A stretch of DNA of 64,000 nucleotides from the IMG/VR virus record IMGVR_UViG_3300042090_001530, positions 138,491 to 202,490 of that record; one strand, written 5' to 3'. Source of the stretch: a virus. Its lineage: Duplodnaviria; Caudoviricetes. A model generated the notes under the pieces. The model was given only the letters and a program-made list of their open reading frames with translations, had not been told where the DNA came from and ran no database searches. This document shows, in pieces, positions 32,733 to 41,005 of the stretch. A program made the position numbers and the translations under genes. The first letter of the stretch is position 1. Each line of letters starts with the position of its first letter.

Positions 32733-33521
32733 TCAGCCTGCCGCCGAAGCGCCGACTAGGCCGGGCATGGGCGGGATCTGCTCGGCTAGGAACCCGGTCG
32801 GCTCGGCCGCGAACCGCGGTGCGGGCTCGACCTCCCACCAGGATCGCAGCGCGGTCGTCGTGCACTCCTGGTTGGTGCGCCGGTCCGTGTAGGTGACTTC
32901 GCGTTCGCCGCTGGCCTTGACCGCGACTTGCCCGCGCCTGCACTCGGCGGGGTAGTCGTTCCAGTTGACGCCGTGTTCGGTGAACAGCATCTCTTGCATC
33001 TGGTCGCCGCTGACGCCTTGCAGCCGCTTGTGGCTGATGTGCGCCTGTGCGGCCATGGAGATCGAGTTCCGGACCGCATCTCTCTGGCGCCAAAGGTAGT
33101 AGTTCGCGACCTCGATGGTGTTCGGCAGTACGAACACGCGCGCGTCGAACAGCGGACGCCCCGGCCGGATCGAGCACAGCGTGGCGGTGGCGACAGCCGC
33201 TGAGATCGACACGATCTTCTGGACTTCGCCCGCGAACCACGGCTCGGTGTGCGTGCCTTCCCAGTCCTGCAGAAGGACGGAGATCTCATCCGACTGCTGG
33301 TAGGCGAACACAGCGCCCTGCATCTCGGTGCACAGCGCCTTCATGACTTCGGCCATGTCGGCGATAAACTGCATGTCGAACGGCTTGTCGGCGCCGCGTA
33401 GGTGGCTGTGGAAAGCCCGGCCGTCAACGCGGCAGACGGCCGCCATGCGCCGCGGAAGCACGCTCTTCCATGGCGCCTCGTACGCCTTCATGCGGTCGCC
33501 GAGGGCCGTCGAGTCAGTCAT
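32733..33521 (-). CDS. thg1: tRNA(His) guanylyltransferase-like protein (Thg1/TLP, 3'-5' polymerase)
   Basis: RMKAYE, RVDGRAFH, KPFD, YQQSDEIS, WFAGEVQKIVS, FDARVF, YYLWRQRDAVRNS motifs. Confidence 0.92.
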   Translation of the reverse strand: MTDSTALGDRMKAYEAPWKSVLPRRMAAVCRVDGRAFHSHLRGADKPFDMQFIADMAEVMKALCTEMQGAVFAYQQSDEISVLLQDWEGTHTEPWFAGEVQKIVSISAAVATATLCSIRPGRPLFDARVFVLPNTIEVANYYLWRQRDAVRNSISMAAQAHISHKRLQGVSGDQMQEMLFTEHGVNWNDYPAECRRGQVAVKASGEREVTYTDRRTNQECTTTALRSWWEVEPAPRFAAEPTGFLAEQIPPMPGLVGASAAG

Positions 33522-34374
33522 GACGCCGCCTTCTTTAGGGTCACCCAGGGTGCAAGCTGCCCGTCGATGATGACGCAGTCGCAGTCCGTGCAGCGTTCCT
33601 CGTTGGAGCGCACGGGGACTGAGGAGAACCGCTGATGGTCTCTCTTGAGGTGCCCGCAGTAACTGCACCGCCACAGTCGACCGATCATGCCGAGCTTCCG
33701 GATGGGCGGCGCATCTTCGGGCTCGGGGCCGGACTCGGCGATGGCCAGCTCCGGCGCCGCGTCTTCGGGTGGCGCGTCCTGTGGTTCGGGACTGACCCAG
33801 GGCATTGTCAGCCCTCCTTCTGCATGTTGCCGTCGTCGATGAGTTTGATGATCTGCTCGAACACCTCGCCCATACCCGGCCCGGCACCAGCCTGCCGCCA
33901 GTATTCGGCGATGGCGCGGATCTCGTTGAGCCGCGTGGTGAGCCGTTCGATCTCCCGGCCCATCGCAGCGCGCGCGTTGTCGAGTCCACGGACTGCGTCG
34001 GCGAGGGGAATCACGCCGCAGTTGTCGAGGTGCTCGCAGGCGTCCTGGACGCCGCTCCAGTCGACGGTGGTTTCAGTGTCGGCCATGTTCCATTCTCTCG
34101 CGGAGTAGGGGTCTGACGTGCCATTTTCGGCGGATTGGGGACGGCTGAGGCTCATCTAGCCGGCCTGGTCAGCGCCAGATTTCGACGCTGCTGTACTCGC
34201 GGCCGAGCGAGTCCGCGACCCGGTGCGCGACCTTTCGGGCGTCGGCGTCACTGTCGGCGGTGATCCGGCGGCGGGTGGTCTCACCGTTCGGGTGGGCGAT
34301 GGATGCGGTGTAGAAGTACACGGTCGGCTCCTCAGGTCGAATCGGGTAGATCCGGGATGTCGCGTCTGGCGGGG

Positions 34375-35103
34375 TCAAGCCTTGATGGCGCCGGTCCAGA
34401 TCTCGCGCGCTTCCCGCTGCATGTCTCTGCGCGCGTACGGCCCGGGAAATATGGCCTCCATGCTCCGCTTCGCGCGTGCGCACAGTGCGCGGCACAGCAG
34501 GTAGTTGACGCTGCCGATGCCGAACTGCGCCAGCGCCCAGTGCGCGGTCACGGCCAGACCGTCGCCGTTGGCCCGCAGGCCCACCCAGCGGGCTTCGTCA
34601 TCCGTCACCGCGATCGAGGCGAGCGGGCCGAATCCGAGACGGTCGGCGTACTGGCCGTACCGGCTGCGCACGACGTCGATCGTCTCGCGCCGGTAGCAGT
34701 CAATGATTGCCCCGACCGCGCGGGACGCATCGTCCGACAGGGCCGGTTCGACCTTCAGCCACACGCCGTGCTCAGCGGGCTCGAACGCCGCAGCGTGGGG
34801 GATGGTCGGCCGCTGCCAGCGCAGCCGGTGACTGCGGCCGCCGAGCGGGAATCCTTCGGCGGCGACCAGTTCTTTCACGATCGGCGCCCAGGCGTTCGCG
34901 GCCTCGTCGCGGGTGGTCCAGCGATGAAGCGCCGAGTAGTGGCGCAGGACGAACCGCTGCACTTTTTCGGCGGGAGTCTCGTCGGGGACAGTGAGCACGA
35001 GCATGTCGGACCTGTCCGCCCGGATCGCGGACTTCGGGCCGGTCACGCGCCGCAGGGTGATGCCCGCGACAGTGACCAGGCTGCTGGAGTTCGTGACGGT
35101 CAT
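34375..35103 (-). CDS. YgjP/DUF45-like metallopeptidase-fold protein lacking HExxH
   Basis: Family-like motifs (LVLTVP, EGFPLGG, RW, HWAL, VNYLL) but RALCA where HELCH is expected. Confidence 0.55.
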   Translation of the reverse strand: MTVTNSSSLVTVAGITLRRVTGPKSAIRADRSDMLVLTVPDETPAEKVQRFVLRHYSALHRWTTRDEAANAWAPIVKELVAAEGFPLGGRSHRLRWQRPTIPHAAAFEPAEHGVWLKVEPALSDDASRAVGAIIDCYRRETIDVVRSRYGQYADRLGFGPLASIAVTDDEARWVGLRANGDGLAVTAHWALAQFGIGSVNYLLCRALCARAKRSMEAIFPGPYARRDMQREAREIWTGAIKA

Positions 35104-35723
35104 CGGGCGCTCAGGCTGCGGCCGTGCTCGTCGGTGATGCCGTCATAGAACCGGACGTTCCAGTAGTCGGCCTGGGTGTCGGAACCGTCGTAGTTGTAGG
35201 CGTTCATGAGGCCCTTCAGTTCGCGGACGGGCGCGGTCAGTTCGGGGGACTGGGTCCAGGTCGGGTGCCCGTGCCGCTCGGCCGGGATCTTCCAGGCTTC
35301 GGGGATGTTGATCAGGGTGATGTCGATCGAGCAGCCGCCGGAGAAGCGCTCCGAACGCACGGAGATCTTGAGGTCGGCGGGGGCGTCGCCGATCGGGTCG
35401 ATGAGCTTAAGGTCGGCGGCCTGCTTGCCGAGCGGCGTCGCCTTGGCGGCCTTGCGGATCAACTTGATCTCGTCGCGGATGAGTTTGGAGATCTCAGCGA
35501 CGTTCAGCTTCGACGTGGCGGCGTACTTCGCGCCGTACCAGATCGTGTCGATGAACTCGGCGCCGGACGTCGCCGCTGCGGCCAGGCGCTCCAGGATGCG
35601 CTCAAGGGCGACCCTGGCGAGGGCCGCCTCGTGGACCGGGGTGTTGGGGTGCTCGGCCAGGGCGCGGAGCTTCTCGATGCGACCTTCGATACCGGTCTTC
35701 TTCGCGGTCTTCGTGGCAGGCAT
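35100..35723 (-). CDS. DUF2786-like N-terminus + LPD29-like domain protein
   Basis: RIEKLRALAEHPNTPVHEA (DUF2786-like); ISVRSERFSGGCSID and AYNYDGSDTQADYWNVRFY (LPD29-like). Confidence 0.6.
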   Translation of the reverse strand: MPATKTAKKTGIEGRIEKLRALAEHPNTPVHEAALARVALERILERLAAAATSGAEFIDTIWYGAKYAATSKLNVAEISKLIRDEIKLIRKAAKATPLGKQAADLKLIDPIGDAPADLKISVRSERFSGGCSIDITLINIPEAWKIPAERHGHPTWTQSPELTAPVRELKGLMNAYNYDGSDTQADYWNVRFYDGITDEHGRSLSAR

Positions 35724-35743
35724 CCCGGGCTCCTTTGTCGTTG

Positions 35744-35814
35744 TTTCTGTAATACATATACTAGCTCTGGGCGCACCCTTCCGCAACCGATTCCCTTGGA
35801 TTTCTGTATTACAT
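35744..35814. promoter_or_regulatory. Paired palindromic operators TTTC-TGTAWTACA-T
   Basis: TTTCTGTAATACAT (35744-57) and TTTCTGTATTACAT (35801-14) between divergent genes. Confidence 0.6.
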
Positions 35815-35830
35815 CTGCCAGACTGGGAGT

Positions 35831-36085
35831 ATGGGACGACCGGCAACCGGACAGACGCCCGTGCGCACCGTACGCATCGGCGACGCATGGGACGAGGCGC
35901 GCGCGAACGCGGAAGCCGACGGCGAGAAGTTCGCCGAAGTCCTCGAACGACTCCTGCGGCGCTACAACACCGCGGCGGCCAGGCGCCGGAAGCTGGCCAC
36001 TCAGCAGGTCCATCACCTCGACGGCGACCCGCGCAACAACGACGTCGCCAACTTGGAGCTGCGCGACCAGCCCGACGCGCCGTAG
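35831..36085 (+). CDS. Ribbon-helix-helix-like regulator with vestigial HNH tail
   Basis: GRPATGQTPVRTVRIGDAWDEA; C-terminal VHHLDGDPRNNDVANLEL. Confidence 0.6.
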   Translation: MGRPATGQTPVRTVRIGDAWDEARANAEADGEKFAEVLERLLRRYNTAAARRRKLATQQVHHLDGDPRNNDVANLELRDQPDAP

Positions 36086-36242
36086 CCACGTGCGCCTGCT
36101 GTCGCCCTACGGCGCACGTGTGGCCACTGCGGATCCCGATAGGCGCACGGCCCGGTCTCGGTATCGCATACGTCTGACGATCTACCTGCGCCGCAGGTAG
36201 GTTGCCCCCTCGGTGGATTCATCTTTTCGAGGGGGATTTCTC

Positions 36243-36818
36243 ATGCGTACTCGCGTACTCGCCGTAACTGCAGTCGCCGCGTCCGGGCTGCTGCTCGCGG
36301 GCTGCCAGCCGTCCAGCACGGTGTCCACGACCGCCGCGAATACCGGAGGCGCGAAGGCCAGCGCTGCTGCAGCGCCCGCTACGACTGCTGCCGCGGCGAA
36401 GGCGGCCGGGCTCGGCGACACCATCGACGTGACCGGCGAAACGTCGGGCGAGAAACTCGCGGTCACGCTCGTCAAGGTCGACCCTAAGGCGCAGTCGACG
36501 GACGGATTCTCGTCGCCGCCTGCTGGTGACGCGTACTTCGCGGCGCAAATCCAGATCAAGAACATCGGCACGGCCGCTTACTCTGATTCCGCGGACAACT
36601 GCCTCGCAGTGAAGGACGGCAAGGGGCAGCAGTTTCAGACCGATCTGATCAGTTCGGTTTCGTCCGGGCCTACGATGGATCAGCTGAACATCGCGCCGGG
36701 GGACACGTCGCTCGGGTGGGTCGTGTTCGATGTGCCGATCGGGGATGCGGTAGCGAAGGTCCAGTTCACAGAGGACAGCGGGATGGGCGGCGACACTGCG
36801 CAGTGGTCGATCGGCTGA
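36243..36818 (+). CDS. DUF4352-like lipoprotein
   Basis: Lipobox LLLAGC, Ala/Thr linker, beta-sandwich motifs IKNIG...L.PG....GWVVFDVP. Confidence 0.75.
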   Translation: MRTRVLAVTAVAASGLLLAGCQPSSTVSTTAANTGGAKASAAAAPATTAAAAKAAGLGDTIDVTGETSGEKLAVTLVKVDPKAQSTDGFSSPPAGDAYFAAQIQIKNIGTAAYSDSADNCLAVKDGKGQQFQTDLISSVSSGPTMDQLNIAPGDTSLGWVVFDVPIGDAVAKVQFTEDSGMGGDTAQWSIG

Positions 36819-36883
36819 CGGCAGGTCTCGGCGGGGCGTCGTGGCGGCTTCAGGCCGCTTGCGGCGCCCCGTTTGTTGCGTCG

Positions 36884-38599
36884 TCAGTTCGTCTTCGTGT
36901 TGGTCAGGTGCGGCCCGATATACCCGACGATCATCTTGCCGGTCAGGCCCTTCGTGTCGTCGAGGAAGTAGACGCGGGGGCTGATTGATCCTCTTCGCTC
37001 GATCTGCAGGTGCGCCTGCATGGTCGTGCTGCCGTCCGGATCCACGTCGCTGGGGACCGGGAAGACGCGTTCGTCGCCCCAGTGGGCCATGGTCGTGTCG
37101 GATTCGGACATCGCGACCTGCGTGAGCGGCCAGCCTGCGGCGGCGCGTCCGGATCTGCAGTACTGGTAAAAGCCCGCATGGTCTGCATGCGTGGCCGCGT
37201 ATCCGTCCAGTGCGCGCAGGCCCTGCCACGTTTTGGCCGCCCACACCCTGGAGCGTTCGTTTTCGTCGAGAGACAGGGCTATCTGCGCGTCGGCGGTCAG
37301 CAACACACCCGTAAGGCCCGCGGCGCGCTCGAGGAGTTCGGCGAACGAGCCTGGGGCTCCCGGCGTGTCGCTGACTGCCGCGGCGTCTGCGTGCCGCCCC
37401 TGGGCGTACAGGAGGCCGCGCAGCACCTCGGCTTCGCCGCGGCCCCGCTCCGCCTCCTCCAGTGCCCACAGAGCCTCTTCCGTGTCCGCGTCGGACTGTC
37501 CGGCGAGCATGGCGTTCTGCTGCTCGAGCGACGCGATGGCGCGTTGCGAGAGCATGTCGGCGCGGCCGGCCTCACGCAGGTCGTCGTCGGCTTGCTTGAG
37601 GAGCGCGGTGAGGTCGGAGACTTCCTGCTGGAGGGCTTGGGCATCGACTGTGCCGCGCACGAGGTTGATCGCGGCTTGGCGGGCTTCCCGGTGGGCTTCG
37701 CCGACCTCCGGGAACGTGACCGTGCGCAACGCGTCCGGGAGCGGGGCGGCGGTGGCGAGCCGGTGCAGCGTGTTCGGCAGGGACCGCCATGCCGCGTCCG
37801 CAGGGTCCGATAGTCGCGCGGCGGCGAGGAACCGGTGCCGGGCCGCGTCGGCTGGCCATGCCGGGTCCACGCCGGGATGGAACGTGCGGATCGAGCCGGT
37901 GGCGACCCGGTGGTCTTCGCCGATCTGCTGCCGGAACGCATGGATCGCATCCTGGTCGGCGAGCAGGTAGAGGGATGCGGCGCCAGCGCACAGCGGCATC
38001 GCGCGTTGCATACGGTCCGACCAGACCGGTTCCGGGCTGAACGGGCGCGCCGCCACCAGCGCGGGTTTACGCCGGTCCGGGTCGCAGAGGATTTCCACGA
38101 GATCGGCCACGTCGTACTGGCTGATCTCCTGGGTGCCGCGGGTGAGTTTCGCGGGCCCGTCTTTGGGCTGGAGCGCGGCGACGAGGGAGCGGATCAGGGC
38201 GGGCCAGCCGGGGGTGACGAGCGTGCCGGGGTTCGGGAACGCCTCGAGGCCGACGGCGACGTGCATGGCACCGTTGTCGGCGACTGCGGTGACGGTGGTG
38301 CGCCAGGTCGCGTCCGTGTTCTCTTCGCGCAACTGGAGCCGGATCGCTGCTTCGGCGCCGGCCGGGTTGTAGACGACCTGGTTGATGAGGGTCGCGGTGT
38401 CGGTCAGGGCGTGGTGGCCCGGGGCGAGTGGGGCCTGGTAGTTCTTGCCCGCGAGCCATTCGGCGGTGACCGAGCGCGTCTTGCTGAATGCGTCGGGGTT
38501 GCGGGTGGTGAACGTGGCGCGGTGCGCGAGCGGTCTGTCGGGGTCGCCCGTCGGGGTCGTCGGGGCTAGATCGGCAGGAAGGTGGCTAACCGCGGTCAT
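36884..38599 (-). CDS. Large hypothetical protein: coiled coil + putative RelE-like RNase C-terminal domain
   Basis: 571 aa; C-terminus AHLQI..RVYFLDDT..G.MIVGYIGPHL resembles RelE/ParE-fold toxins (inference). Confidence 0.7.
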   Translation of the reverse strand: MTAVSHLPADLAPTTPTGDPDRPLAHRATFTTRNPDAFSKTRSVTAEWLAGKNYQAPLAPGHHALTDTATLINQVVYNPAGAEAAIRLQLREENTDATWRTTVTAVADNGAMHVAVGLEAFPNPGTLVTPGWPALIRSLVAALQPKDGPAKLTRGTQEISQYDVADLVEILCDPDRRKPALVAARPFSPEPVWSDRMQRAMPLCAGAASLYLLADQDAIHAFRQQIGEDHRVATGSIRTFHPGVDPAWPADAARHRFLAAARLSDPADAAWRSLPNTLHRLATAAPLPDALRTVTFPEVGEAHREARQAAINLVRGTVDAQALQQEVSDLTALLKQADDDLREAGRADMLSQRAIASLEQQNAMLAGQSDADTEEALWALEEAERGRGEAEVLRGLLYAQGRHADAAAVSDTPGAPGSFAELLERAAGLTGVLLTADAQIALSLDENERSRVWAAKTWQGLRALDGYAATHADHAGFYQYCRSGRAAAGWPLTQVAMSESDTTMAHWGDERVFPVPSDVDPDGSTTMQAHLQIERRGSISPRVYFLDDTKGLTGKMIVGYIGPHLTNTKTN

Positions 38600-38836
38600 G
38601 GTTGTCGACTCTCGGCCGGTTCCGGCAGTGGTGAGATTGCGCGCATGGGGTCCTCCTGGCTGGGGGCTGGGTGGCACGGCTTGCGGGCCGCGTGACGCCC
38701 GATGTTCGGCTGATCTGCCGCTATACCCATTGTTGCGCAACGTGCTGACAATTTCAGGGCGACGGTGTCACTGCAGCGGTCGCCTGAGGCACGGGAAAAG
38801 CCGCTGCATCCAGCGGGTGGCCGACACGCGCTCGAG

Positions 38837-39062
38837 CGATGTGGCGTCGAGTCTGCCGTTCACGAAGACGGTGCCGCTCGATTCGAACGCCCAGTACTAC
38901 AACGTGACCGCGCAGTTGTCCGGTGCCGGCCAGGTGTCGTGCACGACCGTGGTGGACTGGGACGGGCAGTCGGTGACCCAGTCCGGGCAGGCATCGGGCG
39001 GCTACAATCTCGCGGCGGCCGAGGTGTGCTCGGACTTCTCCGGCGGCTGGCAGACCTGCTGA
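38837..39062 (+). pseudogene. Possible fragment of an exported Ig-like/MmpS-like protein
   Basis: LPFTKTVPL...QLSGAGQVSC...GGYNLAAAEVC without signal peptide or clear start. Confidence 0.3.
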
Positions 39063-39113
39063 GCTGTGCTGGCAGGGCGTCGTGGTCGCTACAGGCGGGT
39101 GCGGCGCCCCGCT

Positions 39114-39422
39114 TCACCGTCCCGGCCCGTCCGGTTCCGCCGGGTTGAGCGCGATCAGTGCGAGGCCGTCCAGGTCGACGGGAGCGCGTCGACTCTCGCC
39201 GGCCGTCTGGATCGCGAAGCGCTGTTCGGTGTCGGCGGCGTGGACGAGTACGGCACTGCCGTCGCCGACCGACGCGGCGATCACTGCCCACAGTTCGTCG
39301 CGGACCTTCGCGGACAGCGTCCCCACGTACAGGCCGGGCGTAGGTTCGAGCATCCAACGGCTCAGGGCGCCGCGGACGTGCGGCGCGACTGCGGTCGCGC
39401 TGATGACGGTCAGGTTGCTCAC
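39114..39422 (-). CDS. cas2: Type I-E CRISPR-associated endoribonuclease Cas2
   Basis: VRGALSRWMLEPTPGLYVGTLSAKVRDELW...TEQRF...PVDLDGLALI; GTGA overlap with cas1 stop. Confidence 0.93.
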   Translation of the reverse strand: MSNLTVISATAVAPHVRGALSRWMLEPTPGLYVGTLSAKVRDELWAVIAASVGDGSAVLVHAADTEQRFAIQTAGESRRAPVDLDGLALIALNPAEPDGPGR

Positions 39423-40420
39423 GGCCCGTCCTGCCCTCGGCCGTGGTTGGTGCCGCTCGGTACCGAACCGGCTTCCGGGTCCCAGAGTTCGAATGCGTTG
39501 GCCAGTTCGACATTGCCTGCGGGTTCGATCCCCGGTTCGAACAGGCGCTGGATGTCGCGGACGATGTTCGGCATGAGCCGGAACAGGGTCAGTCCGCGCC
39601 GGAACGCGCGCCTGGCGTCGCCTTCGGGGTCTTCGGATGCGTGCAGGGTGAACGCGAGCGGGATGGTGAGTTCGGCCTTGTACAGGTCGGCGATGTCGTA
39701 CACGAACGCGTGGCTGGTGCCGGCGTGTACGAATCCGAGGCCGGGGGAGCAGCCGAGCGCGGTGATCGCGGCGTGGACGATGCCGTACAGGCACTGGTTG
39801 GCTGCGGTCAGGGCGGCGTTGACGGGGTCTTGGCTTTCCCAGTCTTCGGGGTTGTAGGAGCGGCGGAACGCGTGCAGGCCGTGCTGTTTGGCGAGGCGCC
39901 TGTAGAGGGATTTCATCTGCCAGCCTTCCAGCCCGCGGAGCGTGCCCAGTTTGACGCCGTCGGGCAGTTGCCCTTCCGCAGTGGGGAACCGGTGGGCGTA
40001 CATGCGTTTGGCGACCGTGAGCCGCTTGGCGGGGTCGGCCCAGGCGGCTGCCTGCTTTTCGAGCCAGCGGCTCGACCGGCTGGACGGGGTGATCGCGGCG
40101 TAACAGCGGACGGTGCCCCAGCCGGTGAACACGATGGTGGTGCCGTGTCTGGCGAGGGTGGCGACTGCGGGGTTGGTGATGGAGGTTCCGGGGCCGAGGA
40201 GCAGGCAGCTGATGGCGGCGGTGGGGATGCGGAGGCGGCGTGTCGGGGCGCCGACGGCGGGGAATGCGAGGACGCCTGTGTCGTCTTGGGTGATGCGCAT
40301 GAGGTCGAGGAACAGGAACGAGAGGCTGTCGCCGACGCGTGGGAGCATGGCTGCGGTGGGTGCGGCGATGCGGCGTCGGGCTTGCTGGGTGTTGGGTTGG
40401 GGTTGGTTCTCTGGGTGCAT
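39419..40420 (-). CDS. cas1: Type I-E CRISPR-associated integrase Cas1
   Basis: LLLGPGTSIT, LRGLEG (catalytic E), GLGFVH (H), FVYDIADLYK (D); catalytic set intact. Confidence 0.95.
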   Translation of the reverse strand: MHPENQPQPNTQQARRRIAAPTAAMLPRVGDSLSFLFLDLMRITQDDTGVLAFPAVGAPTRRLRIPTAAISCLLLGPGTSITNPAVATLARHGTTIVFTGWGTVRCYAAITPSSRSSRWLEKQAAAWADPAKRLTVAKRMYAHRFPTAEGQLPDGVKLGTLRGLEGWQMKSLYRRLAKQHGLHAFRRSYNPEDWESQDPVNAALTAANQCLYGIVHAAITALGCSPGLGFVHAGTSHAFVYDIADLYKAELTIPLAFTLHASEDPEGDARRAFRRGLTLFRLMPNIVRDIQRLFEPGIEPAGNVELANAFELWDPEAGSVPSGTNHGRGQDGP

Positions 40421-40513
40421 CCGTTGTTGATAGCGCGGTTTCGCAGAGGGCTGAATGCTTGTCGCACGAACGAGTGACGTGTCGATGTTCGGCCGGTCCG
40501 GATGAGGATCTCC

Positions 40514-40970
40514 CGATCTTCCCGTGCGCTCGCGGGCCAGACCCTGGATGAAGAGGCGTCCGCGCGACCCCGACAGATCTTCCCGTGCGCTCGCGGGCCA
40601 GACCCGACGGCTCGTCATCGTCCGGCAGTGCCCTTAGATCTTCCCGTGCGCTCGCGGGCCAGACCGGAACTCGCGGCGGCCGGAGTGGTGGACGGCAGAT
40701 CTTCCCGTGCGCTCGCGGGCCAGACGCGTCATCCGGCAGATAAACTCGGCCCCGTTGAGATCTTCCCGTGCGCTCGCGGGCCAGACCTGATCGGGGTGCG
40801 ATCAGTCCTGCGCATTGCTAGATCTTCCCGTGCGCTCGCGGGCCAGACTGCCGCCGTCGCCGCGGAGACCGCTGCGGAGAAGATCTTCCCGTGCGCTCGC
40901 GGGCCAGACTCTCGGTCACCTGGTCGAGGTAGCCTTCGGCGAGATCTTCCCGTGCGCTCGCGGGCCAGAC
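40514..40970 (-). CRISPR. CRISPR array, 8 repeats / 7 spacers
   Basis: 29-nt repeat GTCTGGCCCGCGAGCGCACGGGAAGATCT (minus) at 40942, 40881, 40820, 40758, 40697, 40636, 40575, plus 40514 (terminal base variant, trailer). Spacers 32 nt (one 33 nt), i.e. I-E-like 61-bp period. Confidence 0.98.
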
Positions 40971-41005
40971 AGTTCGTGGCCAGCGCAAACACTCTTGAGT
41001 TTTAC
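40971..41005 (-). promoter_or_regulatory. Very short CRISPR leader
   Basis: 35 nt between TnpB-like stop codon and first repeat; ends GCGCTGGCCACGAACT, reminiscent of actinobacterial I-E leader ends (from memory). Confidence 0.5.

Noticed and set aside
39519-39535. T-arm-like GCGGGTTCGATCCCCG on plus strand
   Set aside because: Antisense to cas1 coding sequence, no acceptor or D-arm.
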